A stretch of 64,000 nucleotides of DNA from Octopus sinensis (lineage: Eukaryota). Every line of letters begins with the position of its first letter. The first letter of the stretch is position 1. The stretch is from assembly GCF_006345805.1 (NCBI RefSeq), contig NC_042997.1, forward strand, positions 157,108,001 through 157,172,000, given 5' to 3'. The notes beneath the pieces were generated by a model, which searched no databases, was not told where the DNA came from, and saw only the letters and a program-made list of their open reading frames with translations. Shown here piece after piece: positions 1-13,432 of the stretch. The translations under genes and the position numbers were made by a program.

Positions 1-333
1 AAAAGTATGATTAACCGAGCACCCGTTTAGCATAATGTTAGAGAACAAAACACTAATATGATGATGATGATAATGATGATGATGACGATGATGTAGTAGT
101 GGTGGGGAAGATGATTGACTGAGTATATATCAATACAGATATATACGACTAGGTGAAGGTTCACGACGGACGAGAATCTGTGCAGATTAACAAAAATAGG
201 ATCCAATATGATGTGTGGGTAATGGTGCTGGTAGCCTTATGGTGCTGGTAGCCTAATAATAACTGATAGGATTTTGTATGTATTTATTTTGTAATTTTTG
301 AGTCAAGCAAACTCAAATAGAGCACTTTCCTAA

Positions 334-488
<155 letters not shown>

Positions 489-1267
489 ATACGCATCAAT
501 CCATAAATACGTTCTTTTACTCATTTAGTTTACTTTTAAAGGATTCAGCCATTGGACTGTCGCCATGCGGGGAATCGTCTTGAAGAACTTAGTCGATCAA
601 ATCCCAGTACATATTATGATACTTGTACTTATTCTAGCTTTCTCTCTTTATTTTTTTTTTCTTGTCGAATCGCTAAGCTACAGCAGGAACAAAAACTGAT
701 CAACACTGGCTGTCAATTAATGAGAGATAAATACGAAGAAGCACGTATACACCAACACTCACAAAAGGTACTGCACAGTGGAGTTGAACACAAAACCGCG
801 TGAACAAAATTTTCCCACTGGAGTGAAAACAAATTCAAGAAATCACTGACTTTATAAAAATCTCTCAAATACATATTTGACTGGTATGCGGCAGCAGGAC
901 AGCTATCACTGACAAAGCGCATTATGCTGAAATCACGTGATATAGCATTTATGGCGCCCATGCCAGTCGATTCTCTTTTGCTATGATATGTCTGTGCCCT
1001 ACGATATATGTCTGTACTGTACATCTATATGAGAGAACCTCGCAAGGTGAATACCGCAACGTCCAGCGTTCTTATAATACATTCACGTTAAGTTGGACAT
1101 AAAGATTGCTATTTGGTACAAATACAGCTTCTGTCATTAATATGTATGTGTGTATGTATGTGTGCGTGTGCGTGCGTGCGTATGTGTATGCGTGAATGCA
1201 TGGGCATGTATATGAATGTGTATGCATATAAGTATATATCATCCACAGTTATATGAGTAGTGAATGA

Positions 1268-1431
1268 GGCGCAGGTGTGGCTGTGTGGTAAGTAGCTTGC
1301 TAACCAACCACATGGTTGCGGGTTCAGTCCCACTGCGTGGCATCTTGGGCAAGTGTCTTCTGCTATAGCGCCGGGCCGACCAATACCTTGTGAGTGGATT
1401 TGGTAGACGGAAACTGAAAGAAGCCTGTCGT

Positions 1432-1463
<32 letters not shown>

Positions 1464-1690
1464 GTATGTGTATGTGTTTTTGTGTCTGTGTTTGTACCCC
1501 TAGCATTGCTTGACAACCGATGCTGGTGTGTTTACGTCCCCGTCTCTTAGCGGTTCGGCAAAAGAGACCGATAGAATAAGTACTGGGCTTACAAAGAATA
1601 AGTCCCGGGGTCGACTTGCTCGACTAAAGGCGGTGCTCCAGCATGGCTGCAGTCAAATGACTGAAACATGTAAAAGAGTAAAAGAGTACA
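1268..1690 (+). mobile_element. tRNA-headed SINE family A, full-length copy with internal (TA)n/(TG)n
   Basis: A-box TGGCTGTGTGG, B-box GGTTCAGTCCC and tail (GTAAAAGA)n. Many homologues occur in the window. Confidence 0.85.
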
Positions 1691-2033
1691 TAATCATTCA
1701 AACTTAAAGAAATAGTTGTCTTGAAAATGATACACTGAAAGATGTATTTCTGGATACACAAGATACAGAAGGATGATAGCTAGAACCCATGATAGACAAA
1801 TAGAGCTTAACCTAATGCTGAACAACAGCAAAAACAAGAAACATAATGGTTTCAAATTTTGGCATAAGACCAGCAATGTTGGGTGTAGGATTTAATTGAT
1901 TACATCGACCTCAGTACTTGACTGGTAGTCGACCGCAATATTTGACTGCTACGCAAATCACTGAGTATTGAAAGGGCATGATTTTAAGCATTATGTTACT
2001 GATTATAGGAGATTATATAAATATTGCTTAATT

Positions 2034-2265
2034 AGGCGGTGAGCTGGCAGAATCGTTAGCACGCCGGGCGAAATGCTTAGCAGCAGTTCGTTTGCCGCTA
2101 CGTTCTGAGTTCAAATTCCGCCGAGGTCGACTTTGCCTTTCATCCTTTCGGGGTCGATAAATTAAGTACCAGTTACACACTGGGGTCGATGTAATCGACT
2201 TAATCCGTTTGTCTCTCCTTGTTTGTCCTCTCTATGTTTAGCCCCTTGTGGGCAGTAAAGAAATA
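2034..2265 (+). mobile_element. tRNA-headed SINE family B
   Basis: GGCGGTGAGCTGGCAGAATCGTTAGCACG...GAGTTCAAATTCC (B-box)...ccccttgtgggcagtaaagaaata. More than ten homologues occur in the window. Confidence 0.85.
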
Positions 2266-3377
2266 TATATAAATATTACTTAATCTCAATTTTTACTAAA
2301 TTCTATACCACTAGAATGAAAGGCAAAGTTGACCTCATCAGCATTTGAACTCAGAACGTAAAGAGGTGGAGAAATAATGCAAGGCGTATTGGTTGTCGCT
2401 CTAACAACCTGCCCAACCAAACTATCACTTTGCATCGTTCGATCGAACTAAAAGAAGTTTGTTCAAGTGATCGATGGAATTGCTTTTTGAATGTACTTGT
2501 AGATGCGATTGAAAGTGAAATCATTACATCAAAAATCAGTTTTAAAGAACTGTACTGTTAAGAGAGTTTATTTTATAGAAAACAAAAAGGGAGGAGAAGA
2601 CTTTACTTAATGAACTCCCCAAAGTGGTACTGTTGGTGAAAAGTAGCAGGAATATCGCAGAAAGTGTAAAATAGAAACATTGGAAGAGATGAAGAAAAAA
2701 AAGGTAAAGAAAAAAAAATGATTGGGAGGAGACGAGGAGGGGGTCCAGAAAGAATATGCAGACAGCAGAAAATTAAACATTTGATAAATTGGTTTAGAGT
2801 TCGTAGAGTACGAAAGAAATTTGATCTCTAGATTTGACGATGGACGCTGTGTATTTACATATGTACACATGAGTATATGCTTTTTACAAGTAGAATTATT
2901 ATATTTCATGGGGTGACACGTTATATATTCCCTTTCGATTCTATTTCATATATCAATCCATTTTTGAATATATCTAAATGAAGTAGATTACACATAAAAC
3001 TGAACGTTGTTCAGTTTAAATTAGCTTTAGAAATTTTAACGCTGAGATTCGTTTCATAAATAATTTATCAATTACACACATACACACATTTGAGTATGTG
3101 TACGTATGTGTCCGTATATATGTCTTATGCTTATCGGTGTAAACTAGTGTGTGGCTTTCTGCTTCTTTATGTCAAAATGGAACCGAGCAATTCGATAAAC
3201 AAAGATTAGTAGAATAAGAATGATATTAACGTCCGAGACCTTTAAAAGCGATGCCCAACCATGGCTGTAGTTTAATGATTGAAGCCAGAAAAAGAATATA
3301 TGTATTCACACATACACATGTATTTGAAATTGTATACAAGGTATACCATGCCGGTAAACATACAATTCTAACTTATA

Positions 3378-3750
3378 CTAGCAGTATCGCCCGGCGTTGC
3401 TCGAGTTTGTTTCGAATTGGAATTTTTTAAAAGTAAAAATTTTGCATTATGTAACTTGTTATTCTCTTTAAGTGAACATTTTTCTGATTGAAATACACCG
3501 AAAAATGGCGACACAGCAGTCAAAAAATTGTAAAAAATAGGGATTTTCATAGAAAAAAAAAAGAAATTTTTGATGTAAATAATTTTTGGTCTTAACATGG
3601 TCCGATTTGAATTTTATCTTCTACGGAATGAAGAGCAAGCCTTCTTCTATCATACTCTCAACTTTGGTCAACTTGCGCCGGAGGAGATAGTGTTGGTTGA
3701 AGGCTACGAAACCTGCCACACACAGACAACTTCAGCTGTATATATATAGA
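3378..3750 (-). mobile_element. Non-autonomous Helitron sharing termini with the above
   Basis: Minus strand reads A|TCTATATATATACAGCTGAAGTTGTCTGTGTG...CTCGAGCAACGCCGGGCGATACTGCTAG|T. The interior differs from the other two copies. Confidence 0.8.
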
Positions 3751-4859
3751 TATAGAACTAAATATAGAACTGAATTTTAACTTAGTTGTGAAAAGTCAAA
3801 ATGATTTCGCCACAGGTTTTCCTTTCTCACGTTCGCTCTGTGGGCACAAAAAGAATGATCAATGTAACTGCTTTCCAGTTATCTTGGACCCTTGCCAGAG
3901 AAAGAATAACTATCGTCTGTTTACAGGGAACTTGGTAACCTATAGCTATTTATAATTTATACAAATTCCGACACACTAAACTGGGCTGTTTAATTTGCAT
4001 AACAGCAAATGCACTGATAAAGTGGAAAACTATGTACTACATAGCGTTTTGTAGATGATTTTTAAATACAATGTAAAGTATATGTTGTATTAAAGTTTGT
4101 ACAATTATAAAAATCAGGTGAGTTAATTTGTATACACTGTAAATAGTTAAATGGTACTTATTTCTGAGACAAAGTTCTAAGAAGACTAAAAACTAGTTTG
4201 ATCAATACCATTTTTTCAAACGTCCGTTTATGTATGCCTGTATATATATGTGCGCAGATATATATATATATATATATTCCTTTTCTCTTCTCTTTTAGTC
4301 CCCCTTTCCCCCCCTTTTTTGCTCCCTCCTCCATTATTTTCTCTCTTTTCTTCTATTCCCTTCTCTATTCTTGGCCGATCTAGTAAGCCCTTCAACCTTT
4401 AAGAGTTAAATAGCTACAGCCTCTTGTGAATAGCAGTAGTGTGATTAATATGGCAAACACCTAATCATATAACAAGGATTGGTACCTACCTCATTGTGTT
4501 CAACCATTGTAAAATTTATCGCTGTGAATATGAAATTCATCTCCATTTCTCTGGAAATTTACATCTACACCATTGGAATCTGTGCATATATACAAAGGAT
4601 TAATTCACCCTCTCTGTAATGCTAATAACAATGGATAAATTTGTCTTCTGTGAGTATATAATCCCTCATCATATCTATGGAAATTCATATGGATTAGGTC
4701 ACCTTCTCTGTGATGCTATCAAAACTTTTTTAAAATTCTGTGATAAGACTATACATCATCTTTAAGGAACTTTAATGAACTTTAGAAATCTGTTTAATTA
4801 TCTACATTACTTCATGAGTATAGCCTCAAACACTAGGATGTCTAGAGAACTTACATGTA

Positions 4860-4950
4860 TTTTAGCTGATGAGTACGGGACTCGTTTATATGCTGTAATC
4901 TTTGCAACTTTTAATAAAACCTGTCCTTGTATGAAACGATCGTACTAAAA
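4860..4950 (+). ncRNA. Type I hammerhead ribozyme motif
   Basis: Stem I TTTTAG(4860-65)/CTAAAA(4945-50); core CTGATGA(4866-72); stem II GTACGGGAC/GTCCTTGTAT; GAAA(4933-36); stem III AC-GATC-GT (palindrome ACGATCGT); cleavage triplet GTA(4942-44). Confidence 0.75.
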
Positions 4951-5032
4951 ACCTATCCATTCTTGTTGCTTCTTTCTCGCGTATATATATATACATATAT
5001 ACATATATATTATTTATACGTATATATATATA

Positions 5033-5208
5033 TAATCCAAACAAGAAAGCACAAAAAACACAACAACGCGAGGACATGGAACAAATATAGTATTATTGGA
5101 CGCTCAGGAAGGAAGGGTTTAACGTTTCGAGCGGAGCTCTTCGTCAGAAACATAGGGAAAGGAAAGATCCAGTGAAGGGAAGACGGAGGAAAAAAAATCG
5201 CCAACGGT

Positions 5209-5215
<7 letters not shown>
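5033..5215 (-). mobile_element. Short hammerhead-carrying interspersed element, copy 1
   Basis: Homologous to 53826-54045 and 62936-63135 (aatccaaac...caacaacgcgaggacatggaacaa...aaatcgccaacggtacacac). Flanked by (TA)n/(CA)n. Confidence 0.75.
5117..5151 (-). ncRNA. Minimal type I hammerhead ribozyme motif (Penelope/retrozyme type)
   Basis: Minus strand reads GTTT-CTGACGA-A-GAGC TCC GCTC-GAA-ACGT-T-AAAC: stem I, core, stem II, palindromic ACGT in place of stem III, and a GUU triplet. Confidence 0.65.
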
Positions 5216-5263
<48 letters not shown>

Positions 5264-6066
5264 GTTGTACAAATGCATATATACATATACATGTTTACAC
5301 ACATGCACATATATAAGAATCCCCATCGTTACAGGAGTAATGAATTCCTGAAGAACTTGTCGTAACTAGAAATTAATTTTCCCACTGATTTTCATGATAT
5401 AAATGATAATGAATTCCGATAGAATTTTTTGGCGAAACAACAAACAAGCAACAAACGACTGTACATTTATGCATAAAAGTAATAATTTTTTTAAATATAC
5501 ACCGTACACTGTGCATAAAAACATTTGAAGAGAAATACGGTAGAGAATAAATAAGAATCATAATATCGTACAGGGTACATTATCACCACAAAAAAAAAGA
5601 GAAAACGTTGACTATTAGGTGAGGGCTAGAGACTATCTTCTATGATAATTCACTATCATCAACATCTACTTAAGAAGTGAAGTACTTATCCAAAATTGTG
5701 TGACATTTATGGTACATTGTCTCTTTATATAGCTCAATGCATAAGAACTGAGCTCATTGTAAATCCCTCTTGTAATTTTTATGCTACGTTCACGTTTAGG
5801 GTTGTTATCAGCAAAAACTTGCAGATTTTCCTCTATAAGCTAAAATAGACTTCGATACCACATTATTTCACGTGACATTTTTTATTTTATTTTGGATGGA
5901 TTTATCTTCTCTTTACTATTATTGCTGTTGGTCATTAAGGAGTTGGTTAGAATTAGTTATAGCGGTGGCAGTATTAGTTTTGGTGGTGATAATAGAAAGT
6001 GGTGGTGGTGACAGTTGATAATTCACATACACACATAGTATATACGCATACAAACTCATATATATA

Positions 6067-6563
6067 CCGTAAATCCTTGAGTATAATCCGCATTTTCCCC
6101 CAAAAATTTAAAGGTCAAAATCCTACGAAGTTAAAAATGAAAAAATATTTTCTAAGCAATGTCCGAGTCTCTATTTGCTGTCCGGCAATGTTTATTCAGA
6201 CGCATTTTGTGATGTCGGGCGCGAAAGTACCTTAAACTAAACCTAATAGCAATGAAATCATAAAAGAATCATCCATAACTTGCAGTAGGCAACATTTATT
6301 GAAATATTTATTGAATAACATGTAACAAAAACAATTTGCAAACATATTTATATTCCCATATAACAGTTAAGAACATCACCATTATTGTATTACGCATGCG
6401 CGGAAGTGTTTGTTTGACTAGCTGATGTTGGCTTAATTACGCACGACTCAAGTTAGAGAAGGGGTGCGTATTATACACAAGGTTTAAGTTTTTCAGAAGT
6501 ACAGCCCCCTAAAAATCTCCTCCGTATTATACTCAAGGGAGGAGTATACCCGAGGATTTACGG
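6067..6563. mobile_element. MITE with ~19 bp TIRs and TA TSD (pogo/Tc1-mariner type)
   Basis: TA-CCGTAAATCCTTGAGTATA ... TATACCCGAGGATTTACGG-TA. Confidence 0.8.
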
Positions 6564-7136
6564 TATATATTCACGTGCACACACACAACACACACATTCA
6601 GTGGGATTACACACAACTGTTCGTCCACAAAATTTCACTCAGCCTCATTGACTACTAAGGATTAGAATAAAAGAAACTTCTTCAAGGTCTCACACAGTAA
6701 TATCGAACCCGGAACTGGTTGGTTGCAAAGTGAACTTCTGTGACTGCTTACACTTATATTGATAATTTATTAATTAATCCCAGTTATTAAAATATTGATT
6801 TCTAGTATACATTTAGTTGATCAGATCGGCTCCAGTACTGGTAAAGTTCCGCGAACGCTATTTTAAAACTTAAATGAAACTAAAAAAAAACAAAAAAAAA
6901 CGAAATATGCTTAATTTCTTTACTTAATTTCATAGAAATTCGCAATTAAATATTTGAAAAAGGAACATAAAGAAATTGTATTATGGGACGAGAAAAAAGA
7001 AAGCTGTGAGTTCAAATTTAGCCTCTAGCGATGCGTAGCATTTTATCAAGTCACAGTCTACTAAACTGAATAAAGACGTTGTTGACACTTTATTAGTAAG
7101 AGGTTGACTGGCTATAGTTACTCAGCTGTAATATAT

Positions 7137-7371
7137 TTATTTCTTTATTGCCCACAAGGGGCTAAACATAGAGGGGTCAGACAAGGGCAGACAAAGGGGA
7201 TCAGTCGATTACATCGACTCCAGAGCGTAACTGGTACTTATTTAATCGATCCCGAAAGGATGCAAAGCAAAGTCGACCTCGGCGGAATTTGAACTCAGAA
7301 CGTAGCGGCAGACGAAATACTGCTAAGCATTTTGCCCGGCGTGCTAACGTTTCTGCCAGCTTGCCGCCTTT
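7137..7371 (-). mobile_element. SINE family B copy
   Basis: Reverse-complement of 2034-2265. Confidence 0.85.
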
Positions 7372-8622
7372 ACGCAGCTGTCATATATACAAACTTCTAT
7401 ATATGCTGGGGGTCAATAAATTAGCAGCCAAATGTCTCTCATATTCTATTGTCTTAACAACAGGAGATAGTGACTATTGCAATCCCGGACACATTATATC
7501 TGAACAAAAAAACAAAAAAAAAAAAAAAAAAAACAAAAAAAACAAAGCAAAAAAAAAGGAAAGAAAAGGAAATACATATATAAATAAAAGATGATAGTCT
7601 TGATGAAACTCTTTAATCATTAGTTTTGTTCGATCAGGATTGGCTAGAGGCTAAAACAGTAATAGTAAGAGCAACAACTTCACTATTCCATGCAAATAAC
7701 CGAGCCTTGCAAATATCCGAAGTTTTTTAAAAATCATCTGAAGGAATTTCATTGGAGATGACAATGAAATAGTAAAGAAAAGAACACACTGGAAGAAAAA
7801 CGTAACAAAGAAAAAGACATTACTTTAAGGATATGATTTAATAACAAAACATAATTAATTGGCTGTTACTGCGATATTTTCGCTAATGTTTGAAGTGTTA
7901 AAGGTACAAATGTTAGAGGAACAGATGAAATGTGGGTACAAAATATTTGACATGTCTCAGCTGCAAAGGTCAGAACCGATGGCGGGTTAGCAGCGGCAGC
8001 ACTTTTAGTAAAGCTGCTAAGTTCAACTTTACTAAAACAATATATTTATATATTTAAAGAAATTAGAGATGTGGAAGATCTGATTCATTCTACAATGGAA
8101 AGAAAAAAAAAAAGAACTGTCTTCTGTATCAAATAAGGATAAAAAGATATAATTAGATTTAAGTTATCTTTTCACAAATTTTTCATTGTTCTGTCGTGTG
8201 AAATCATAGAGAAAAATATACAGGAGTTGTCAACAATATATTGTCAGTCATTTACATTTCAGGGTTGCGAAACAAGAGTCTGGATTTAACGCTGAGAACA
8301 GTGGATTTCTTAAAAAAATATAAGTCAATATGGCCGCTTCTTAAGTCTTTAGTTATGAAGGCCGACAGCAATCGTAGTAGTGGTTTTATAAAATATGCAA
8401 AATGCTTAAGAATATATATATATATTTTTCTGTATACTCTTATTGAAGGCACTGTGTGATTCAACTCAATGAATTCCTGAAAATTTTATCCGAAACCCGT
8501 TCGACATTGACTAGAATGGAGAAAATTATTGAGAATATTGGGATTTGATTTAGATATTTTCATCGGAGTTGAATTAATAAAATACTTATTTTCACTTTCA
8601 TTATGCGTTATATATATATATT

Positions 8623-8664
<42 letters not shown>

Positions 8665-8759
8665 TTTTTAACCTTAACTACGAAGAAGAAAAAGAAGGAA
8701 AGAGAGAAAAGTAAATTTTTCGTTGAAAATTTTTTGAAGGCACCTGTGGTGTCATTTAG

Positions 8760-9925
8760 TTTATTTTGTTCAGGTTTTGCAAAGGACCGAAACTGATAAA
8801 AATAGTTTAAAGGTATATACTAATTTCTTATACAGCACATGGCTTTAGATTTACAGAGACCGGGAAATCAGCTTATGTGACGATATTTTTTTGTTCTCTA
8901 TCTCAAGACATTAGAGATTTGAGTGAAATGAAATAGTTACGGATCGCGAACGCGGCTCGTCGCGATCATCTGTCTAGTCTTTGGAGCTCATCACACAAGG
9001 CTAATTTTAAATCAAGTACAACATGACGCTAAATTTACATTTCATAGCACCCTGCCTTTGCGTTCAACGGGACCCAAAAGCTTACCAGTCTACCACTAGA
9101 GTATCAGCAAGAAAAACGATAATATATAACTCTCTCAACTACTGTTGTTCTTAACCTTAATGTATTATTTGCTTTACGATACACTGTGTATCGCTTTTGT
9201 TTTCCTTAAACACAAACCAGTGTTAATACGTCTCTAGACATACCATGATTTTCTTTTTCAGCTAGAACTGGATGACTTCATTCAATGGCAAACCGCTGTT
9301 TGTCACTGAATTTCTATTTGACTCTTGTTATTCTTACGAATAATACTGATATATTTTTGTAATATCGTTTACATTTTCTTTAAATCTACTACCATTCCTC
9401 ATAAGAAAAACACTTTTTTTTCTATAATCACACTGTACACAATAAAATAACCGCGAAGACCTCTTGACAAAGATTTCTCCTCATGTGTAATTTTTTTTTC
9501 TTTTCAGTTCTGAACAACGAACAGTGTTACTATTAATTATAATTATCATTATCGTTTTGGCTCGAACTTCAAGATTTTGTTATGCACAAAATTTCTTTTT
9601 TTTTTTAATCCTTTAATTATTATTTAAAATGTTGCTCATTGTCACCTCAATCATTTTAGTTCATTAACACCACTGAGAAGCCAAACATCATTATCCGTTT
9701 TCAAAGTCAGTATCACTGGCATATTCTCAGAGATAAGTAGTTTTCTTCATTTTCTTTCTTTCTCTCTTTCTTTTTTTTTAATTATTTTCTAATGAAACAA
9801 GAGCAACTGTTGATGAAATAAAATGTAATTATTAGAATTGAGATTTCGTTTGTTTTATTTTTTCTTTTTGATTTCTTTCTTTACTGCCTCTTATTTTGTT
9901 TTGTTAGCCGACAATGTCACTTGAC
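8760..9925 (-). other. Probable Prrx 3' UTR with candidate AATAAA signals
   Basis: Repeat-free AT-rich stretch after the stop codon. Minus-strand AATAAA occurs at 9854-9859 and 8760-8765. The true end is unknown. Confidence 0.4.
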
Positions 9926-10264
9926 TTATTGGGGCATTTGAGGTGCACCTCCATAACCCGGGTGTTGCATAACGTTATTATACTCCTGTGCTTTCAGCCG
10001 TAAACAGGCGAGGGTTGAGCCAACGCTATGCTGTGGAGGGTATGTGTGGTTGACTAGAGCGCAGCTGGACGACGTCGTGATAGGGTTGTACGCTGGAGTC
10101 GTCCATGACAAATAGTCTGTGTTCATGGGGGACGGGCGTGGCGTTATCGGTTGTTCTATTGGAGTCGAGCTATCTGGATGGTGGGCGCCGTACAAGTTGT
10201 TTCGCTGCGCCATAGAGTTCCTTTCGTTGCGACGGAATTTCGCTCTTCGATTCTGAAACCACAC
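9926..10264 (-). CDS. Prrx: Prrx paired-related homeobox gene, terminal coding exon (homeodomain helix 3, EQPITPRP/DYLSW motifs, OAR domain, stop)
   Basis: Translates VWFQNRRAKFRRNER...EQPITPRPSPMNTDYLSW...STLACLRLKAQEYN..., with stop TAA at 9928-9926. It is preceded by a polypyrimidine tract and acceptor ttttctctttttctttatttacattag|GTG. The motifs match vertebrate PRRX1/2 (EQPIVPRPAPRPTDYLSW; OAR SIANLRLKAKEYS). Confidence 0.95.
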   Translation of the reverse strand: MWFQNRRAKFRRNERNSMAQRNNLYGAHHPDSSTPIEQPITPRPSPMNTDYLSWTTPAYNPITTSSSCALVNHTYPPQHSVGSTLACLRLKAQEYNNVMQHPGYGGAPQMPQ

Positions 10265-10573
10265 CTAATGTAAATAAAGAAAAAGAGAAAAACTATGGTA
10301 AGTGTAATAAATGACCCAGAAGAATGGAGAAAAAACAAAAAGAGATATTATTAACAAGGCAGAATACACTTTCTACCTCGAAAAAGCAAGGAAGGAAGAA
10401 TAAACATTAAAAAAACAAAAAAAGCAACAACAAAAACGAAGAGAACGAAAGAAAGAAAAACAAGCCAGATGTTCTTATATTTTAAGCAAATATTTTACCC
10501 AATAAGTACACTCACGCATGCAGAATTATACATACATATACATACATACATACATACATACATATGTACGTAT

Positions 10574-10633
<60 letters not shown>

Positions 10634-10692
10634 GGAGATTTAAAGACAGATATGGCCGGGATATTTATATATATATGTATGTGTATATATAT

Positions 10693-10767
<75 letters not shown>

Positions 10768-10826
10768 TATTCATAGACATTCACAGTTGCGTGTGCATTT
10801 GTGGTGGGTGCGTGCATACGTATCTA

Positions 10827-10945
<119 letters not shown>

Positions 10946-11307
10946 CATACATATATATATATATGCATATATACATATCTTAAACACAGACACAGACTGA
11001 CAGACACCCACACACACGCGCGAATCGAACACCCTAACTACTAGTTAAGGTATTCATGATCCCTAGGGTGTGACTGCAATTCCTGCTGTGACTGTTGCAC
11101 TGTGCCCTTGAGCAAGCCACTTCATTTTCTCCCGTTCCAGTCTATTCTGTTGTAATGAGTACCAGCCGGGTGCTAATACGGTTCCCTTTCGCTCCCGCTG
11201 CGTATCGCAGACGTTTCTCTGAGTCAAGAATGCTGGGGCTGAGAGGGTGCCTATGTTCGCTCGCGACTGCACAGGCGCCTTTAACAATTAGCGAGCGCAT
11301 AATATGC

Positions 11308-11466
<159 letters not shown>

Positions 11467-13172
11467 ACTATAGATAGTTAGATAGCATTGGACAGCTATA
11501 GTGGAGGACCCTTGCACAAGGTGCCGCGCAGTGGGACTGAATCCGAAATCGTACAATTTCAAAATGAGCTTCTTAACCATACAACTATGCTTGCAATTAC
11601 ACACACACACACACACAAACACGCACAGAGACACACACACACATTTATAATTGTGTGTGTGTGTATGCATATTTAAATAATATGTGTATGTATGTATATA
11701 TATGTATCGATGTATGTATATATACATCCATCCATCCATCCATCCATCCACCCATCCATCCATCCATCCATCATCCATCCATCCACACATACATACATAC
11801 ACATACATATACATTCTCAACCTCTGAGAAAATGTATGTGAGCAAATGATACAGTGGAAACGAGACACAAAAGCAGGGAAAATATATAGTGATATAACAT
11901 GGGACGGAGAAAAATCAAGGGTAAGGGAAAGGATACGTGGTTAAGATTAAGGACCAAGACAAAATAAAGATAAACATAGGCCTACAATAAAATTAAATAA
12001 AACATCAAACATTTGTCAATTACAGTGAAAATAACCGCGAAATGTACGGCGCGGAAGAAAAAACAATAACTGCTTGGACGATGTCCTTAAGCAAATAACA
12101 GTGTAAAAGGATACATGTGCTCACTTGGTGAAGTAATAGGGTGATCCGTAACTAGAGTGGAAGTAGGAAATAGCAAGCTGAGAACGAAGGAAGATAGAGT
12201 GGATAGGCAGGGAGATGATACGGCAGGAGAGGGAGGGTGAGAAGAGAAAGAAAAGATAAAGAAATGGAAAGAGAGGGAAGGAGCAGTGGAGCGTCACAAC
12301 TATAGGAATAAACGGAACAGAACGTGTGAGAAAATTTGGCTTTATGCGACAGCAATCATTAATGTAGGGAATGGTCACGAACCATAAAAACAACATAACA
12401 TACAGGACAAACTCGAATGCCCTCTCTGAAAGTTGATCCTTTATCAGCTGTCGCGCAAAGGATTCCCGTAGTTTCGACGCCTTGAGATAGAAACGCTTTC
12501 TTCGTGGCATCCACAGGAAATGAGATACAATTATTCAGTAATTGATACAATAACTGCTAATTACTAAGGTAGTAATTCTAATGCAAGACAGTGAATTAGC
12601 AGAGACCTTAGCATGAGAGTGGATGAAGGCTAAATTTATATTTACATTTTGTTTGTTCTCTCACATGTTTTATTGTCTGTGTCCACAACTTATATCTAAT
12701 ACATATTTGTACGCACCGCACGTACACACACTCATATGCGTGTGCGTCTTTGTACTGGTTCCGGCCCCACCCAGCTCTTTACAACAGGTGTGGGTTTGTT
12801 TACATTTTCGTAATTTAGTAGAGCACAAAAGAATCGACAGATTTCGTACCAGACTTAAAAATAAGTACTGGAGTCGATTTATTAGACCATAACAGTCAAA
12901 GCGATTCCCCAACATGACCACTGTCTCATTCACAAATTTATTATTCACACACACACGCACACACACATACACATAGCGGTATATACATATATATATATGT
13001 ATATGCATATGTGTGTGTATATATATATATATACAGACACATGTACTTATATGTACATATATGCACATATATATACAAATATACATACACACAAACGTAT
13101 ATTTAGATATCCATCATTATATACGTATATACCTATATACATAGCTTCATTCATACACGCATATACATACAT

Positions 13173-13392
13173 ACTGGCAGAAACGTTAGTGTGCTGGGCG
13201 AAATGCTTAGCGGTATTTCGTCTGCTGTTACGTTCTGAGTTCAAATTCCGCCGAGGTCGACTTTGCCTTTCATCCTTTCGGGGTCGATAAATAAAGTACC
13301 AGTTACGCACTGGGGTCGATGTAATCGACTTAATCCCTTTGTCTATCCTTGTTTGTCCCCTCTATGTTTAGTCCCTTGTGGGCAATAAAAAA
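13173..13392 (+). mobile_element. SINE family B copy
   Basis: Homologous to 2034-2265. Confidence 0.85.
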
Positions 13393-13432
13393 TATACATA
13401 CATACTCATATATATTCATACATAAACATATA

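Noticed and set aside
2034-2125. tRNA gene
   Set aside because: The A/B boxes belong to multi-copy SINE heads and there is no complete cloverleaf.
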